Source of the DNA: Octopus sinensis
Lineage: Eukaryota
Direction of reading: 5' to 3'
Assembly: GCF_006345805.1 (NCBI RefSeq)
Contig: NW_021836442.1
Span: 1 to 24,219, forward strand
DNA: 24,219 nt
Shown here: one piece after another, positions 21,079-24,219 of the stretch
How the letters are laid out: every line of letters starts with the position of its first letter
Numbering within the stretch: the first letter of the stretch is position 1
Notes under the pieces: model-generated
Database searches by the model: none
What the model was told of the DNA's origin: nothing
Seen by the model: only the letters and a program-made list of their open reading frames with translations
Program-made: the position numbers and the translations under genes

Positions 21079-22153
21079 AGGACAGACAAAGGGATTAAGT
21101 CGATTACATCGACCCCAGTGCGTAACTGGTATTTAATTTATCGACCCCGGCGGAATTTGAACTCGGAACGTAGCGGCGGACGAAATACGTATTTCTTTAC
21201 TACCCACAAGGGGCTAAACACAGAGAGGACAAACAGGGACAGACAAACGGATTAAGTCGATTGTATCGACCCCAGTGCGTAACTGGTACTTAATTTATCG
21301 ACCCCGAAAGGATGAAAGGCAAAGTCGACCTCGGCGGAACTTGAACTCAGAACGTACCGGCAGACGAAATACCTATTTCTTTATTACCCACAAGGGGCTA
21401 AACATAGAGGGGACAAACAAGGACAGACATAGGTATTAAGTCGATTACATCGACCCCAGTGCGGAACTGGTACTTAATTTGTCGACCCCGAAAGGATGAA
21501 AGGCAAAGTCAAGCTCGGCGGAAATTAAACTCACAACGTAACGACAGGCGAAATACCTATTTCTTTACTACCCACAAGAGGTTAAACACAGAGAGGACAA
21601 ACAAGGACAGACAAACAGATTAAGCTGATTATATCGACCCCAGTGTGTAACTGGTACTTAATTTATCGACCCCGAAAGGATGAAAGGTAAAGTCGACCTC
21701 GGCAGAATTTAAACTCACAACGTAACGGCAGACGAAATACCTATTTCTTTATTACCCACAAGGGGCTAAACATAGAGGAGACAAACAAGGACAGACATAG
21801 GTATTAAGTCGATTACTTCGACCCCAGTGCGTAACTGGTGCTTATTTAATCGACCCCGAGAGGATGAAAGGCAAAGTCGACCTATGCGGAATTTGAACTC
21901 GGAACGTAACGACAGACGAAATACCTATTTCTTTCCTACCCACAAGGGGCTAAACACAGAGAAGACAAACAAGGACAGACAAACGGATTAAGCCGATTAT
22001 ATCAACCCCAGTGCGTAACTGATACTTAATTTCTCGACCCCGAAAGGATGAAAGGCAAAGTGGACCTCGGCGGAATTTGAACTCAAAACGTAGCGGCAGA
22101 CGAAATACGGCTACGCATTTCGCCCGGTGTGCTAACGTTTCTGCCAGCTCACC
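21079..22153 (-). repeat. Head-to-tail array of six family M SINE units, 184-bp period
   Basis: gaaatac anchors at 21182, 21366, 21550, 21734, 21918, 22102; only the unit at 22153 has the A-box head. Confidence 0.96.
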
Positions 22154-22199
22154 TGAAGGAATAACAATAATCTTTACTGACAGCTTGATTAGCTTTCTA

Positions 22200-22318
22200 A
22201 TTTAAATAACAATGGTGGTGCTCATGAAAGCGGGGACGGAGGACGATGGTGGTGGTGGTGATAGAGGTGAAGGTGGTGATAATGATGGTAGCTGTGCCGA
22301 AACTCTAGTAGTAGTAGC

Positions 22319-22353
<35 letters not shown>

Positions 22354-22460
22354 AGGCGCCCGTGGCGGAGGTGGTTGCGGCGGCAGCGGCGACCGGGTTG
22401 GGATTTCTTCGTCGCTTGCGGTGATGACATCTTCCGTCTCGTATTTCAACCCCGATTCAT
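22200..22460 (-). other. Low-complexity Ala/Thr/Pro/Ser-rich segment, possible exon
   Basis: Frame RKRRRNPNPVAAAAATTSATGASTTT..RVSAQLPSLSPPSPLSPPPPSSSVPAFMS shows synonymous third-position variation (gcc gct gcc gcc gca; cca cct); no clear acceptor. Confidence 0.25.
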
Positions 22461-22509
22461 CTGCCTCTGCCCCGGATTCATAATTTCACTGTCTGTCCGT
22501 CCGTCCGTC

Positions 22510-22617
22510 CGGCTGTCTCTCTCTCCCTTTCTCCTTCTCTCTTCCTCTCTCTCTTTCTCTTTCTCTCTTTCTCCCTCTCTTCCTCTTCCTCACTCTCTTT
22601 AGCTCTTTACCTCTCTT

Positions 22618-22648
<31 letters not shown>

Positions 22649-22845
22649 CTCTTTTTCTCCTCCCTCTCTTTCTCCCTCTCTTTCTCTCGCTTTCTCTCTC
22701 TCCCTTTCTCCTTCTCTTTCTTTCTTTCTTTCTTTCTCACTCTCTCTCTTTCTCTCCCTCTTTTTCTCTCTCTCTTTCTCTCCCTATTTTCTCTCTCTCT
22801 TTCTTCCTCTCCCTCTTTTTCTCTCTTCCCTTCTCTCTCTCTCTC
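22510..22845. repeat. Polypyrimidine (CT-rich) tract
   Basis: Direct inspection. Confidence 0.93.
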
Positions 22846-22999
22846 TGTATAAATATGTGCGTGTGTGTATGAGTGAGTGCGTGAGTGTATGTCTGTAAGT
22901 ATGTGTGTGCGTGAGTGAGAGTAAGAGGGGAGTGTATGTGTGTCTGTGAGTGAGTTTGTGTCTTACTGTCTTTCCCCCCCTCGCGATTCTCTATCTTCC

Positions 23000-23001
23000 A
23001 T

Positions 23002-23040
<39 letters not shown>

Positions 23041-23380
23041 CCCGATTGCTACCAACTCTCACTTTCAGCTCTCCTCCCACTTGCCCTCATTCACTCCAAC
23101 CTCAACACCATCACCATCACCAGCACAACCCACATCAGCATCAACGACAACAACTACAACAACGACATTACCGCCAGGGCTTCTACATCAAACCACCACC
23201 ACCACCACCACCACAATCACCACCACCACCACCACCACCACCACCACCGCCGCCGCCGCCAACGGCGCCACCGTCGATGCCACCACCGCCACCACCACCA
23301 CCATCACCACAACCACCGCCACCACCACCACCACCACCACCACCGCTGCCACCACCACCACCACTTATTAACACCACCCG
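23000..23380. repeat. (AAC)n/(CAC)n low-complexity block, possibly coding
   Basis: Repeats seen directly; acceptor-like ctctcactttcag precedes a Thr/Pro/Ser-rich open frame. Confidence 0.7.
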
Positions 23381-23489
23381 CCCCCTGGCTCTCCACTTCA
23401 CTTCCGTTCTAACGATTGTTATTGTTGCTGTTGTTGGAATAATTGTTTCATTGAAATCTCTTGGAAGTTTCTTCGTTTTACTTTCCAGT

Positions 23490-23544
23490 TCCCCCCCCCC
23501 CCCCCCAAACACACACAACACACACACACAACACAAACACACAC

Positions 23545-23590
<46 letters not shown>

Positions 23591-23625
23591 ACCACACCCA
23601 CACACACAACAAAACACACACACAA

Positions 23626-23664
<39 letters not shown>

Positions 23665-23878
23665 AACACACACACACACACACACACTTACCCCACACTG
23701 ACACGCACACACACACACCTATACATGCATACACATGCACATTCGCACACACATATATGGAATACATACCGAATGCACACACATACACAGACATACATAC
23801 ACACACTTCCACACACACACAAGCTTACACACACTTCCACACATACAAACCCGCACACACACACATTCACATGTCACC

Positions 23879-23912
<34 letters not shown>

Positions 23913-24070
23913 ATACATGCACTTATTGACAGGCACTCATGCAAACGTACACACACATGCACACGCACATACACACACATGTAGTACAAACCTTCATAAG
24001 CACTCATATACACACACAAACACACACGTACTTGCGTACATATACATACACATAAAACACATTCGCAAAC
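23490..24070. repeat. (CA)n-rich compound microsatellite
   Basis: Direct inspection. Confidence 0.93.
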
Positions 24071-24219
24071 GCCCACACACTCATACTTTTGTTTCAAATG
24101 CGAAGAGAATGAAGTAGAAACGGTAAAACATGCATTCATACGACGTTCCTTCGTTTTGACTCGACAAAACTCAAAACGAAACCTCGGTTGTTTCCGTGGC
24201 AACTCGACAATTCACTTGG

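Noticed and set aside
21079-22153. CRISPR-like interpretation of the regular array
   Set aside because: The whole 184-bp unit is repeated with no unique spacers, the unit is a SINE, and there are no cas genes.

Overview
Repeat-dense eukaryotic DNA with no confidently identifiable intact gene. The tRNA-derived SINE families and very high microsatellite load look like a cephalopod (Octopus-like) genome; this is inferred from recognising the repeats, not from a search. Roughly half the window is microsatellite or low-complexity DNA, which explains nearly all ORFs in the supplied track. The rest holds about 18 copies from four Pol III SINE families and decayed mariner, Penelope-like (GIY-YIG) and probable LINE C2H2 fragments. 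There are also several minimal type I hammerhead-ribozyme motifs of the Penelope-associated kind. Four observations stand out. (1) A six-unit SINE array has an exact 184-bp period and A-B-A-B-A higher-order alternation. (2) A SINE trimer with the same 184-bp junction is flanked by one 17-bp target-site duplication, so multimers appear to move as single units. (3) A hammerhead family shares a palindromic stem III and unpaired/bulged As, while its stem II loop ranges from 3 to about 85 nt. (4) A nested inverted duplication of a SINE 5' junction is present. Candidate exons exist but their strand is ambiguous.
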